A DNA stretch of 63,395 nt, counting the filler, from Collodictyon triciliatum (Eukaryota), in assembly GCA_043381765.1 (NCBI GenBank). It is 7 parts of 7 records of this genome, joined end to end, with 100 filler letters (N's around TTAATTAATTAA, not from the genome) between each part and the next. Parts side by side here need not be neighbours in the genome. Positions count along the whole stretch, not along the records: positions 24,465 to 32,965 come from JBHJMP010000229.1; positions 33,066 to 41,784 come from JBHJMP010000230.1; positions 41,885 to 48,396 come from JBHJMP010000231.1; 4 more parts are not named here. One strand, written 5' to 3'. Under the pieces are notes generated by a model. It did not search any database, was not told where the DNA came from, and was given only the letters and a program-made list of their open reading frames with translations. Position 1 is the first letter of the stretch; every line of letters begins with the position of its first letter. Below are positions 32,843 to 45,904 of the stretch, in pieces. The position numbers were made by a program, and so were the translations under genes.

Positions 32843-33065
32843 AATGTTTTTGAACCATTGCACCCCCGCTCTCCTCGTGCTAATTGTGGCACGCTCCAGC
32901 AAACCGCGGCTGCCTTATCCTCTTCTTGTGCACATATTTTTTCCTTCTATTCCCCAGCGAGCCTCNNNNNNNNNNNNNNNNNNNNNNNNNNNNNNNNNNN
33001 NNNNNNNNNTTAATTAATTAANNNNNNNNNNNNNNNNNNNNNNNNNNNNNNNNNNNNNNNNNNNN

Positions 33066-33168
33066 AATATATCATCTAATATAATATATCATCTAATATA
33101 ATATATCATCTAATATAATATATCATCTAATATAATATATCATCTAATATAATATATCATCTAATATA
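33066..33168. repeat. 17-bp tandem repeat (AATATATCATCTAATAT), about 6 copies
   Basis: Directly visible at the scaffold start, ending about 23 bp upstream of tRNA-Arg. Confidence 0.9.
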
Positions 33169-33191
33169 AGATTTTACAACTGGTAAGAAAT

Positions 33192-33264
33192 GTCCGCGTA
33201 GTGTAATGGATATCACGTTAGACTTCGGATCTGGAGATTGCGGGTTCGATTCCCGTCGCGGATG
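33192..33264 (+). tRNA. tRNA-Arg(TCG)
   Basis: Acceptor stem GTCCGCG/CGCGGAT plus G; D-arm TAGTGTAATGGATATCAC; anticodon arm TTAGA-CTTCGGA-TCTGG; T-arm GCGGG-TTCGATT-CCCGT; T6 terminator at 33271-33276. Confidence 0.95.
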
Positions 33265-33443
33265 TGAAAATTTTTTCTAGCGCCGGCCTAAACTGTGCGA
33301 AGTCAAGCAGATTCGTTTTGATCCCATAGATCGGGTCATCAATGATGATTTTTTTCCTCACCAAACCAACCAACGCAGGTCGACAGCAGCACCTCTTTGT
33401 CCACATCTTTGCCATATCCTTTTGCCAGGGCTGTGCAACAAAC

Positions 33444-35552
33444 ATGGACCACAGAAGAGAGACTTACAGCCTTTTTCAAGAAACGCAGGTGAGACATTTT
33501 GGCAGATCTGATCTGCGTTCGCCATTCTGCCCGATGGGCAAACAAGTGCAGACTACATCCCCCTATGAAATAAAATAAAAACAATCATCATAAACATAAA
33601 TAATAACGGGAAAACAAAAGGAAATAAAGGAAATAAAGGAAATAAAGGAAATAAAGAGAATGATCAATCAATATCCCTGTGTTGTTGAGGAATCCTGTTA
33701 AATAAATAAATAAATAAAACCACCCCACCCCAAGCAGGAGAGTTCCGTGGACGCCAAACAGCCCGGGCCAGCAGGTTTAGGCTTCAGCAGCGGCGCATCG
33801 ACCTGGTGGGGAATCCAAAGGCGCCCGAATGATGTGATTGCATTGCCAGACTCCTCCGACTCCTCCGACTCGGACAACATCGAAAGCATAGACGCAGCAC
33901 ACATCGCCAAAGACTGCACATTGGCCACACCCGTGCCAACAAGTAGCAAAGCAGCAGCACGTAAAAGCAATGAGGATCCTCAGTGGCGCACAAACACGCC
34001 GGAGCAGCATCCCACAATCACTACGTCTCGACGCCTGTTTCAAGATGTTGATGCAGCTCCGGCTTCTACCTCTGTTCCTGCTTCTGCATCTGCGTCTACG
34101 CAGCGGTCTCTGTTCAGACTCTCGCATGTTGTCGGGCGATTGGCTGTACTTCTTCTCCTTGCTCTAGTGGGCTTTGTGCAGCGCCTTGCGTTTGTCCAGG
34201 CGTCCCGTGCGGCTGGTCCGTATTGGGTCTCTGTGTCGATGGCATCACACGCTGCTTGCTCAGTTTTGGCTGGTTTAGTTTGTGGCATCGCTGCGCTGCC
34301 GGCTTTGTGGGTGCCTCCGCGGGTTGCTTTTTGGTCTCTTCCCTATCAAAAGCCACGTGCTCAGGTTCGGCAGTGACTTTATATCGCTGCTTTTGATATG
34401 TGTGTTTTATAGTTTGTGTTATAATTTCAAGTGATTTCTACATTTCTATCTATCCACTTTTTTGATATACTTTTCTATATCAGTCTTTGTTGTTTATTTC
34501 CCAAATTTTTTGGCACTTAAATGGCATTTCTACAGGATTATTTAATGAGTATATAATCTCCTCTTTTTTATTTCTATTATGCATTTCATAAGTTTAATCT
34601 TTTTGTTGTGATTTATGTAATGTTTCTGGAGAACAATTTGTTGATTATCATCTAATAAACATACTTCTCCAATCCCCATAGGGACCAACTGTTTGGAAAT
34701 CCTTTGGAGTACCAATATTTATCGGATTTCTGGATGCACTTGCAATATCTATGTTATTTCCCATTAGCGCACATGTACCTGGCTCTCTCCAGCAAATTCT
34801 ACTTCAGGTTTCTATTCTTTCTATTCAATTTTTTATCTTGAAAACAAACTCAAAACTCAAAGACAAAAGCAAAAATAAAGTTGAAGATAAACCAATACAA
34901 ATGTTTATAAAGGGAAAATATATGCTCAAATCACCTTTCTACGCAAGCACATTTACGCGATAGTATGTGATGATTGCGTCCATTTTCTTAATATTTTTTT
35001 ATCCTCAAGCTTCAATTCTTTTCTATAATATTACTACACCCTAGTCATACATCATCTTCATGAATATCAGCGCAATATACATTATGAAGCCAGGGTACTT
35101 TTTTTTAAAAAATACTTTTTAATCAAGGTCAATTATTTCAAAGAATCAGCAAACAAGGATATAGTTTTGAATTTTTGAAATAGTTTCGTATTCAATTTCA
35201 TTATAGCTCCAGAATTTCAATTACACAACATCGAATTGGAACTGTCTTGCTCTTGATAGCCACAATAACGCTATTTTTATGTGTTGTATCCATAGGGGAT
35301 GACTACGATGATGTACATATACATCTTTTTCCAATATTTTTTATACATTGAATAAATTCATATTCCAATAAAGAGCATACCTTCATACTTTACCTTTTTA
35401 TATTGAATCATAAACTTCAATCTCTGTTCTATTTTTTTCTTTTGACACAAAATTTTGATAGGTTTGTAAATTTATATATTTCGGACCTCAATTGACGAAA
35501 TACTGAATACCACAAAAAAAAAAAAAAAATAGGGGGGGGGGGGGGGGTTTTT

Positions 35553-35583
<31 letters not shown>

Positions 35584-37010
35584 AGTATGTGTATATGTCT
35601 ATATGTGCACCTGCTTTGACCACCTTGCCGTCCACCCACTTGGTGACGTTGNNNNNNNNNNNNNNNNNNNNNNNNNNNNNNNNNNNNNNNNNNNNNNNNN
35701 NNNNNNNNNNNNNNNNNNNNNNNNNNNNNNNNNNNNNNNNNNNNNNNNNNNAAAAACTAAAAACAAAAAAAAAAAAAAAAAAAATAGGTGGAGAGAGAGC
35801 AGTCTTTGTTTTTTTATTGCATGATATTTGTTTTGGCTGGAATTCCAATATCCATATGCAATACCATCAAGACTAAATACAAACCTGGCAAAGTATGTAT
35901 CCACTTTCATGCATAACTACATTTTATTTTTACTTTACAAAGACTTTCGATTTTTATTAAAATGAATATTTCAACAAATTTAGGTAGAAGAAATCTTATA
36001 TTTTTATTTTTTAACTAATACTCGGCTTATTTTGAATCGAATAAAGGAAAAAAAACTAATACTCGCCTTATACTTTATATAGTCTGAAAACACCCTACTA
36101 TACCACGCAATATCATCACTCTTCCGCGGATTGTTTCTATCCCTCTTTTCTCCTGTTGTTTTTCTGCCGGGCTTTGGTGGGCTCGGCATTTCAAAATTTC
36201 AAGAGATGATACCTGATGGTTTCAAGTGCTTATTTGGAACGTCGGCTGATGACCTAGATTGCAACGATGGTAATTAATTTCCATACATTTAACTTATTTT
36301 AATGGGTCAAGATGAAACGATTTTGATGAAATAACAAACAGCTACTTAGCATACTTTTTTAACACTATCCTGCCTTATAAATTACCCCAGAGCACTCATA
36401 ACCTAATTGACATTCGGTATTTGAAACAGAACTTTGGGCGTATAGTTTGGTGTATGGATGCTCTGTTGTCGGTCATGATTGTTTTGTGGCCATTCTCTCG
36501 AAAATCACAAATGGGACAGACCTCTCAGTCGTGGCATCAATTGTTGTCATTCCCGCATCCATATTAATTTTTTCTTGTGATGAATTTATCTTCATCGGGG
36601 AGGCTGAAACTCAGTTTTGGTTTGCAATTTAGAATTACCCATTGAATTATACAATATATAGCCATCTAGATATATTACGTCTCATTTGTACGCCCTATCC
36701 TTTTCTTTTCCCTTATTTTTTTTTTCTCTCGAGATTCAGCTGCATACTTGCCATTTCTTTTTCAAACAGGTTGCATTACTTCCTGGTCGGAATCCTCTTT
36801 GTCGCCCTTATTCATATGCACCTCGGCCTTGTCCTCGAGACGACCTCACTTGCATATCTCGGTGACACCTTCTTGTGCCGTAAGTTTGATTGGAGGGATT
36901 TTCTGGCGAGAGCATCTCTTGGGAATACACCGGTCATCTATCCGGTTTTTGATAATGCCGACGAGGCGAGAATGTATCTGTCGTACACACACCCGGTCGT
37001 CGAGTACTGA
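33444..37010 (+). CDS. CRT-like (chloroquine-resistance-transporter family, DMT superfamily) membrane transporter
   Basis: Probable first exon MDHRRETYSLFQETQ; then IGFLDALAISMLFPISAHVPGSLQQILLQ|, MIFVLAGIPISICNTIK, FSPVVFLPGFGGLGISKFQEMIPDGFKCLFGTSADDLDC (the CRT-type G..CL.G...C loop), VVASIVVIPASILIFS. Stop at 37008-37010. The gene spans an N-gap. Confidence 0.75.
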
Positions 37011-37475
37011 CAAGCTGTGCCCCAGACACTCAAGTGGGGCTGAGTGACCAGGCAGAAGTCCGAATCATCGATTTTTAGCTTTGGGTTTGGAGATGGCGCT
37101 GAGAGTGAACAAGGAGCCAAAATGATACCCAGGCGATTTCATTCAGAAAAATTGCATCTGATACCGCCGCAGAATGGATTACTATAAATTATAAACTTCG
37201 CTCCATCTGGGTTTGCACAATGTATATTTAGCCTGGGGACACTCGCTTTCAACTTACAAGACATTAAATAAGGTTGCTTTCATAACATGTTTTTGGTTTG
37301 TTTTGTTTTGTTTTGTCTTGTCTTGTTTTGTCTTGTTTTTTTTTTTTTTTTTTTTTTTTTTTATTTCACTGGCTGGTTCATGGTGGCCTTGGGTTTTCGT
37401 CAGTGGTGTACTTGTGTATCTCGCTCTCTTTCTCTCTTTGCCTTCTTTGCTTTCAGTCTGTCTGTCGGCCGTGAC

Positions 37476-37836
37476 TTAAATGATGCTGGGAAACAGTTTC
37501 TGACGAACAAAGTACATGATTTGATCGCGCACAAGTTCCGGGTTAATCTAAAATTGAAGGTGAAAGTATCATTCTTTTAAAATGCAGTGAAACAATGTTA
37601 GGCGCTTCAGCTTAAGCCATCAAGTCAATAAAGGTACAGCCATTTGAATGGGTGAAAATGAAAAACCTCGGGGAAATCGTAGACAAATCCGGTAGACTCG
37701 ATCTTTGACCCGTCAATGGACAAGTGGTTGTCGAAAAGAAGCTCCTGGTCGAGATACGGAGTGAGCGGGGTGCTGGCTATTTGGAACTCCTAATATTTTG
37801 AGAGAAATTAATCGTTGTTGTGCGATTTGAAGGCCT

Positions 37837-37883
<47 letters not shown>

Positions 37884-40164
37884 TGATGCTCCTCACTTTG
37901 CATAGGTCCGACCATGGCTGCAAATGCTTCTCATTGGTGTGCTCCGTAGTGTACTCCATGTTCAGCTAGGCGAGAGTGTGTGTACGTAAGGAGAGCATGC
38001 AAAAGAGATTCACGGGATGAAGAAAAACTAGGGGGAAAAAGTGCGCTCTCAAAGTTGCGTGCGATTAAATCTATCTACAGCTTTGAATACAACATCTCCA
38101 TATGTATGAGAGAACTACCTTGGCAGCCTGACACATCATCATGTTGACAAATCCGGTCTTGATACCAAAGATGACTTGCAGAATGTCATTGATTCTTCCC
38201 TGATCTATGTGCAGGAAGTCATAAAAAACGAATGTGTTTCAGCGTTTTCAAAGTAAAAGTAACATGTGATTACTCCATCTGACCAGCGAGGAGTCTTCAA
38301 TCAAGAGAAAGAAAAAACTGTAGACCTGTTCTCCCTTTATCAGCTAGATTGAAGATATCCCCAGAGTTTCCGTTCTGGGATACATGCCACAGAGCCTTAC
38401 AAACGTCAAGAACATGGACAGTGTTGATTTTGAGGTCTTTGCAGATACATAATAGAACCAAATGGTTACACAAGTTCTTGTTAGATATTTTATCTTGGCA
38501 CTAGGTATAACATACGAAGTACATATAACCAGCTCAAATGATGGAAGTATTCATATCGAATCAATTGAATGTCAAGGCTATGATACCTTTTGACCAGAGG
38601 AACTTCATGGTTTCATTCAGTTTGCGGTAGACAGCGCCACAAATAATGCGGGGACCTTTCATGATTAATTATACCGTTTTTTTTAAAAAAAAATATGGAA
38701 TTAAACCAAATTCATAAGAATATGTTCAGCCAACTTAACGTGGTGATGATATTCATGGCGCATTACTGATGCCAGTGGTGTCACCGGGACCGTAAACGAC
38801 AGCAGGTCGCAGGATGACAAAGTTGAGCCTTATAAAAAGTGCAGATATGGCGAAGGAAGAATTACGAATTTAGTACCACATACCAGCAATAAAATAAAAT
38901 AAACCTGCTTGGGAGAGGAAATATCAAGCAGAGAAATGAAAAAAAAGAGGGTGTATTATTAATCATACCCGGCCACTTTGGTGAGTTCCTGCTCAGCTTT
39001 GAGCTTTGCTTGAGCGATCTTTGTCCAGGGTTTCAGTTTTCCATCCTCCTTGGATTCTTTCTAAAGCGCGCGGTGAGATAAAAGCACATCCCATAGGCTA
39101 AGCAAGAGATGGGTAATCCAGAGCATCTCAGGGATGATTACATTTGTTACAAGTAATCCGTGTCAAATTACATACGTGGTCTGCGTCATAAACATGGGCC
39201 ACAGAGACTTCCACAAAACGACGACAGTTGTGCTTCACAGCCTCTTCAGCACAAAGCTTGGTGCACTTGACAATCTACGGGATATAATGCTCTATGTGTT
39301 AACATGTATCTGTCATCTAAACATGGTTCATCTTTCAAGTTTTCTTCAAAATATCCTTTTGCTGATAATGTAAGGGTAAGAATCATCACAGGATAATAGT
39401 ACGTACACTAGAAACAACGATAAATGAACCATTCAAGATTAAGAAGAAAAATAAAACCTTTTCCTCATAAACTTCGTCATTTTGTCCGTACTTTGTCTCT
39501 CCGGCGAGGTTGAAGACAAAGTGATAGTCTCCGGTCTCATCTGTGAAAACTTTGGCGACCGAAGCTATGAAAAGGGACACCATTCAGGTTTCATCAAGGA
39601 ATATAGAGTTGACTCTCACTGCAAGAAAAGAAAAGTAGAGTGATAGAAAACAAAAGATTAGAGTATAAGAAAATAAAGGTAGGATGCTAGAAAAGAAGAG
39701 TAGAGTAGAGTAGAGTACAAGGAAAGAAAGGTAGAGTGTTAGAAAAGAAAAGAAGAGTAGAGGATAAGAAAAGGAAAGAAAAGAAAAAAGAAGCCTTCAG
39801 GAGTAAGAGAGCAAGAGTGGAGACTACCGGAGTCGTGCCTTTGAGACAACTGTGCTTACCTGAGCTTGCAAGGTTGCCCTGTTTGAACTCCACAACGGGG
39901 TTGCTGAAGGCGGCACGTTCCTCGTCAGAAAGATAGGCGGTCTCTGGAAGAACTTTGTCAACAACACGGATCTTGGAAGCCTGTGAATTCACATGGAAGG
40001 TTTCCTGTAAGTTCTTTCCTGTTTTCTTTTACGTGTTATAGCTTACTTATATATGCTTTTCTCTCAGTCTTGCTTACCAGGTCCTTCTCAACCAAGTAGC
40101 GGACAAAATTACGGCCAACAAAGCCAACGCCACCGAGAACCAAAACACGTGGTTTGTCGGACAT
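37476..40164 (-). CDS. NAD-dependent epimerase/dehydratase family (atypical SDR) protein
   Basis: MSDKPRVLVLGGVGFVGRNFVRYLVEKDL|ASKIRVVDKVLP..|..FNLAGETKYGQ..|..KPWTKIAQAKLKAE..|LNFVILRPAVVYGPGD..|..INTVHVLDVCKALW..|..TPLTPYLDQELL..|INPELVRDQIMYFVRQKLFPSII*. Confidence 0.9.
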
Positions 40165-42124
40165 TGTCACTGTTTTCAAAGCTTCAAGAAAATGAATTAA
40201 AAGGTTATTTTATTTTATTTATTGTTAGCGAAAAGAAAGAGTGAAAAAAATAAAAAGGGGGAGGTTGGTTTAAATAGACTCCATCTCGAAGACCATAAAT
40301 AACACAATAAGGACGGATTTTGATCACAGATTCCACAGTGAGTGAGGTGATTTCGTGAAACACTGTGGCGGCTATGGCTTCTTCGTGGACAGCAACAGTT
40401 TGTCGTCACTCGCCTTATTGAAGAAAAGTCCAAAGGTTCAAAACGACACCAGAAAAAAAAAAAACCCCGACACTGAATCGACTACGCGACGCTTACAGGG
40501 AAAACGAAAAAAAACTAACAAACAAACAAACAAACAAACAAACAAACAAACAAACAAACAAACAAACAAACAAACAAACAAACAAACAAACAAACAAACA
40601 AACAAACAAAAAAACAAACAAAAAAACAAAAAAACAATTAAGTGGATGATAAAAGAAGCAAATGTAGGACAGCGGAAAAAAAAGGGGAGGAAGACAGTGT
40701 CCAACAAATTAATTATGACACCAATATGAGAGCGCAATAAGTAGAAAGTAAGAGGTAGAAAGTAAAGCAACCCATAAAGCAAGGCGAGGCAAACGTCTGC
40801 TTCGACCCTGATTAATCAAATCAACAGCCATTACGCCAATCCGCCCATCAAAGTCCGGTGATCAAAACTTCATCGGGCAGGAAAACCTCCCATGAAGTGG
40901 ATTATACACAAATGGCTCCACATAAAATCACGAATTCTCATAACAAAACATGACGGGACGTTGAACCCCCACAAATTGAACAATATATTGGGAAAGGGCG
41001 AGGAAATCAGAGACACCGCATTTATTTGCCCGCCCCAAAGAATCCGTCATTTAAAAACGCATTTTTAAATGCATTTTTTCCAATAAAATACCCATAGCTG
41101 GTCGATAGAGCATCTTCCACCCTCCCATAACGAATACTAAATTACACAATAGGTATCATTCACCCGTTTCCAAAGGCAAACTGAATCCAAAGCAAACGTC
41201 AGGAAATCAGCCCTCGGGTCAACCTGCTCCGCAAAAACACTGCGTGGGAGAGTCTGAGAGGCAAGGACAACAAAGAGGGCAAAGAAGAGAGCACATGACG
41301 GGAATTCCAGTGAAAAGCAGAGGATTCAAACAGTGCACACCTCACACATGTTTTCCTGTACGCTAACTTGGTTGAGAAGTCTGTACATGAAATGCTCTCC
41401 GCAAAGAAGAAGAAGAAAAAAAAAAAAAAAAAGAGAGAAGTAACAATACTGGGGTGTTGTGTAGGCCGCCTTCAATGCCGATCATCATTTTTTCTGCGGA
41501 GCACAAGCAGGTATGTGCAAGAGAACGACGAACACACGCATGATTTGACTATCTTTGAATGATTACAAAACTTTCGAGGGCATTTTATCGACAGCAACTC
41601 GGTTAAAGTTCTTGAAGACACCCTCCTAAGCTTTTTCTCGTCCCTTGTTTTGCTGCAATGATCAATTGTTATTATTATTGGTATTATTGTCATTATTATT
41701 GTCATTATTATTGTCATTATTATTGTCATTATTATTGTCATTATTATTGTCATTATTATTGTCATTATTATTGTCATTATTATTNNNNNNNNNNNNNNNN
41801 NNNNNNNNNNNNNNNNNNNNNNNNNNNNTTAATTAATTAANNNNNNNNNNNNNNNNNNNNNNNNNNNNNNNNNNNNNNNNNNNNCTCTCTTTTTTCTCTC
41901 TCTTTTTTCTCTCTCTTTTTTCTCTCTCTTTTTTCTCTCTCTTTTTTCTCTCTCTTTTTTCTCTCTCTTTTTTCTCTCTTTTTCTCTCTTTTTCTCCTTT
42001 TTTCTCTCTTTTTCTCCTTTTTTTTTTTTGCAACAGTTGTGTCGTTGCTTCCCCTTAAAATCATTCTTTTATATCAGAAAGACCGATATAATTTGTAATC
42101 ACAAGAGTGAATGGAATCACATAG

Positions 42125-43506
42125 GACTTCTCCTCTTTGCCTCGAAGCAGCCCTTCAACTAATTCGATTACGTAAAGAGTATCGAACTATTTCATCCCTT
42201 CTTCCAGAATCAACCCTTGTCTCAACTCAGACAGTGACAGCCATTTTGCAAGCGTTTGAATCTGCTTCTAAGATGGACTTCCAAAGTAACGTACCACAAA
42301 CCATCATACGATTGTATTATTTATGGCTATAAAAGTATATTCCCTTCCCTTTTTTTTTCCTTTGTACTGGCTATTATTATTTCTCTTCAAAGAGATAAAA
42401 CGCTATGTTGCGGTTGATGACTAGTTATCTCTTGTTTGATTTTGTGATCCTTGTGGGGTTGAAAATGCACGTACTTGATATTTGTGGGTATCCGTGGATA
42501 TATGGATGATTATTCTCTCCAACAGGGGCTGTAGGAATCATCTCTGAGCTAGAAGGATCTGGTTTTCGAGAAAATCTTTTTCTGCTAGAGAATAAAGCAA
42601 GATGGCTAGCAGCTGCGCAAAAATACGAGCCAGCATGCCATGTTTACAGACAGGCATGATATTGAATCCGAAATACAGGCTCTCTCCAAAAGAAATCATC
42701 ACACTCGCAGCTCTAATTTCACTTTAATTTCCATTAATGCAGATACGTTCCGCTTTTCCTTCTCATATGAAAGGACTTGATATATTTGCAGCATGTCTCT
42801 CTGCTACTGGAAAAAAGAATGAACTATCGATGTATTGCTTATCCTTTTATTAATTTTTTTTCTCCCTCACATTTGTATGACCACATTTCAGTCTTTATCT
42901 ATACTGAAGAAATTATGATACAAAGTCTCTGTACGACGGCCTCATCGAATGCCAAGATGCCAGAGTATTGGATAGCCTTAGCAAACTATTGGATGTTGTC
43001 AAAAGGACTCGTTTGTCACAAATAACCCCTTATGATTTTGGCATCTGTTAATATGATCTTTTTTTTTTCCTTTACTCGATTCAAAGTGTTAATATGATCT
43101 TTACTGCTTCTATTGACCAATATCACAATAATAAATGATTATTTCTTGATGTAGGCATCAGATTCAATTACACAAGCCATTCAGTTGTTGGATAAGGTAA
43201 ATTTAGCCGAAGCATTTGGATTTTCCGCGTGTGTCTCTTTTTACACCTTGTTTCGCATTTTCATTCGGTTTAAGTATACAATACATCATGGTCAATATCT
43301 ATTCTGCTAGGCACTTGAAAGGGACAGCAGAAATGTCAACGCATATATTTTCAAGGGTAGACTTTGTGCCGCCGAGGGGCGACACAAAGAAGCCAACGAA
43401 TGCTTTAATAAATGCCTGCCCTTGTCAAAAGAGTATCCCGTCTATAAAGGTTTTTTTTCCATCTTTATTCACATGGACAGTATTTGCGTAGCAACCTTTA
43501 TAATCA

Positions 43507-43538
<32 letters not shown>

Positions 43539-43699
43539 GGGTGTATTACCCACCCAATAACATAAAAATTAAAATTACTCTATTTTTTTAAATAAACCAN
43601 NNNNNNNNNNNNNNNNNNNNNNNNNNNNNNNNNNNNNNNNNNNNNNNNNNNNNNNNNNNNNNNNNNNNNNNNNNNNNNNNNNNNNNNNNNNNNNNNNNN

Positions 43700-43749
<50 letters not shown>

Positions 43750-44721
43750 GGGGGAATCACACAGCAGATTCCTTCTATGTTTGTACTGTATTCAATCCTT
43801 CAATTATACAACACACAAAAGGTGTTGTGTCATCCCTTCTTGAAAACAAACTTGCTAGACAAGCAGCTAGTTTTGCAAAAAACTTTGAACGGTTTGACGT
43901 AAGCCCACTATTTTCAAAGCTCGTCTCTGTTTGCGCTGTCCCTTCAGCAGATATTGCAAAAGTAATTTATGGTTTTAACCAACAACTACAATTCTCACTT
44001 ACATATATTTTATATCTTTGCTTATTTAATCTTACTTTATTCTGTAACATGATGTATTCTCCAGAAAAAAGCTATATATAAGCAAGTCCTCAAGAACGAC
44101 CCAGTATGTCCTGAGGCCTTATATCAACTATCCGCCTTATGTGTGAACGAAGGAGACTTTAAGGAGGCCGAAACCATGTAAATAATATATCTAATGCAAA
44201 GGTGTGGGCGGAGTATATCCCAAATGCTACTTTGCAATTATCCTTGTGTCCCGTAAGATTACTTCTATATTGGTCTAGGATTGAAAGAGGAATCCAAACT
44301 GAATTTTCGGAGCAATTCAGAGGGGCTATGATGCATCTTAAAATAGTTATGGGAGATAATGCTGAAGCGGCACGGCAATATTTAGAGTTGAAAAAGTATG
44401 CGTTCATTCACGCACTACGTTGTGCTGTCTATTCAAACAATTTATATTATTATATTATTTTTTTTATCATTCATACTCCAGCCATCACATCCACTATAAT
44501 TCTTAATACTTGTAACCAAAACTTCAAGTAGAGATATGTTCTATGTGTGTAGGATCAATCCTCATAGCCGAGTTCCCTCCGAAGGAGTTCGAAATCCCTC
44601 TCGGGAGAGGCCAGCCGACCAGTTTCAAGCATATATCACGTCCGAACCGATACCGGAGGTATTTTATTGGGCTGATTCATCGGCGCATGAGATTCACATC
44701 CCATCATCGGCAAGGATTTGA
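42125..44721 (+). CDS. Anaphase-promoting complex subunit 7 (APC7)-like TPR protein, 5' truncated
   Basis: SPLCLEAALQLIRL; FRENLFLLENKA; YRQ|IRSAFPSHMKGLDIFA; PEYWIALA; DK|ALERDSRNVNAYIFKGRL; YK|GVVSSLL; KKLYKQVLKNDP. These are colinear with APC7 motifs as I recall them (CPLALDAI, LRDNVDLL, DPYLIKGMD, AEPW, AIQL..ALLLKG). Confidence 0.72.
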
Positions 44722-45904
44722 GGAACTTATCGGCATCGAGCCTGATTCTTCAGTAAATGAAATCAAAGGCACGATATTGCAGTCTAGGAGATAATATAAA
44801 GACAAGGCCAATGACGCGACAGTCAGAACTTTGAGAAGGCCGATATTGTGCTCGTATGATTTTTCAGGTTACAGCGACCGGCTTTTTTTTCTTGTGACTC
44901 TGCGAAGTGAGGCAACCTTAAAAAAATGAAACGAAAAGAAATATTCATCGACAGTGGTCATCATTTATATATTAATATTAACATATAAATGATGACAACA
45001 GTGACATGTGAATTGAAGCTGGGCCGCTTCCCAAACCAAGCGCTATTTATGGCGATGGGTATGAAACGATAGTGGCCATCGGAAAAGCTGCACTGAGGAC
45101 GCATATTCATTTTATCCTGTGTTGTGTTGGAGGAGTTCACAGTTCATGTGTAGTGTTGAATACAAAAGCATCATGAGCGCGAATTTTTGTATTTTCCACA
45201 GCGTATATTAACCTTTTGATGTCCTCGCTAAGGGAACAGAACAAAGGTGCTTATAGAAATCCAGATAATGTCTTGTCAAGAATATATGTGGGTATTGAAC
45301 CGAGGTTGGTGGTGATATGCTTCAATTACTGGGGTTATTTGTGCAAAAGTGAAAATGATAGTTGTTTGTTTCATCTTTTTTTTTTACGAAAAAAAAAAAG
45401 AGAATGAATAATGTTTCTGATCCTCTTCCTTTCGCAATTTATTGACTTTCTTTGATGGATAAATCTGGCGATGAGAAGAGAAATGTTGATAATATGATGC
45501 GTGTGCAGAAGGAAATGTATGAAAAGAGTCCTAATGTCGTGCCCGAGCTCGAACTGGTTATAAAGTCCATGGCGATTTTGCCCCGAAAGAGTAGGACGTG
45601 ACTGAGGTGATTGTTCCCATACTCCACTGCAGTTTTTTTTTTTTTTTTTACAAGGTTAGATATTAGAACGATTTGAAGCTGATGAACATATCTTTTAAGA
45701 CTGTTATTTATGATATTTTTTTCCCCCATTTATCCGATTCAAAGTAATGTAAGATATGTTTTGAGTGTAATATAAATAATCTGCTGAGCGGGACTCAATC
45801 GATTACTTTATTGTTTAAAGTCGGTCTATCATATTCATTTGGCATCATGTCAAAAAAAATTTAAAAAAAGGATTGAATGTAAAATAAAAATGATAAATGC
45901 TCAC

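Noticed and set aside
33066..33168. 17-bp array (and 58809-59097) as a CRISPR-like array
   Set aside because: Head-to-tail repeats with no unique spacers, in a eukaryotic context.
35505..35651. Poly-A/poly-G tract and a stray GC-rich coding-like fragment (minus strand NVTKWVDGKVVKA) inside the CRT gene
   Set aside because: 35505-35583 is a garbled version of the sequence after the gap (ATAGGTGGAGAGAGAGCAGTCTTTG reads as ATAGGGGG..GTTTTTG), typical of read decay after a homopolymer. The fragment joined via poly-G is most likely a chimeric mis-join.
41245..41345. GGGAGAGTCTGAG resembling RNase P RNA conserved region I
   Set aside because: No complementary CR-V (TTCAGAC) at a suitable distance; the nearby TTCAAAC cannot complete the P4 helix.
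41290..41520. Possible first exons of a plus-strand gene divergent from the epimerase
   Set aside because: A good donor (CAG|GTATGT near 41510) is present, but there is no recognisable protein and the frame is ambiguous.
43500..43760. A(n)G(n) tracts as G-quadruplex or regulatory motifs (also 1-160 and the noisy T/G tracts at 61820-62155)
   Set aside because: They flank gaps and mirror the sequence on the other side imperfectly. Low-quality consensus rather than real repeats.
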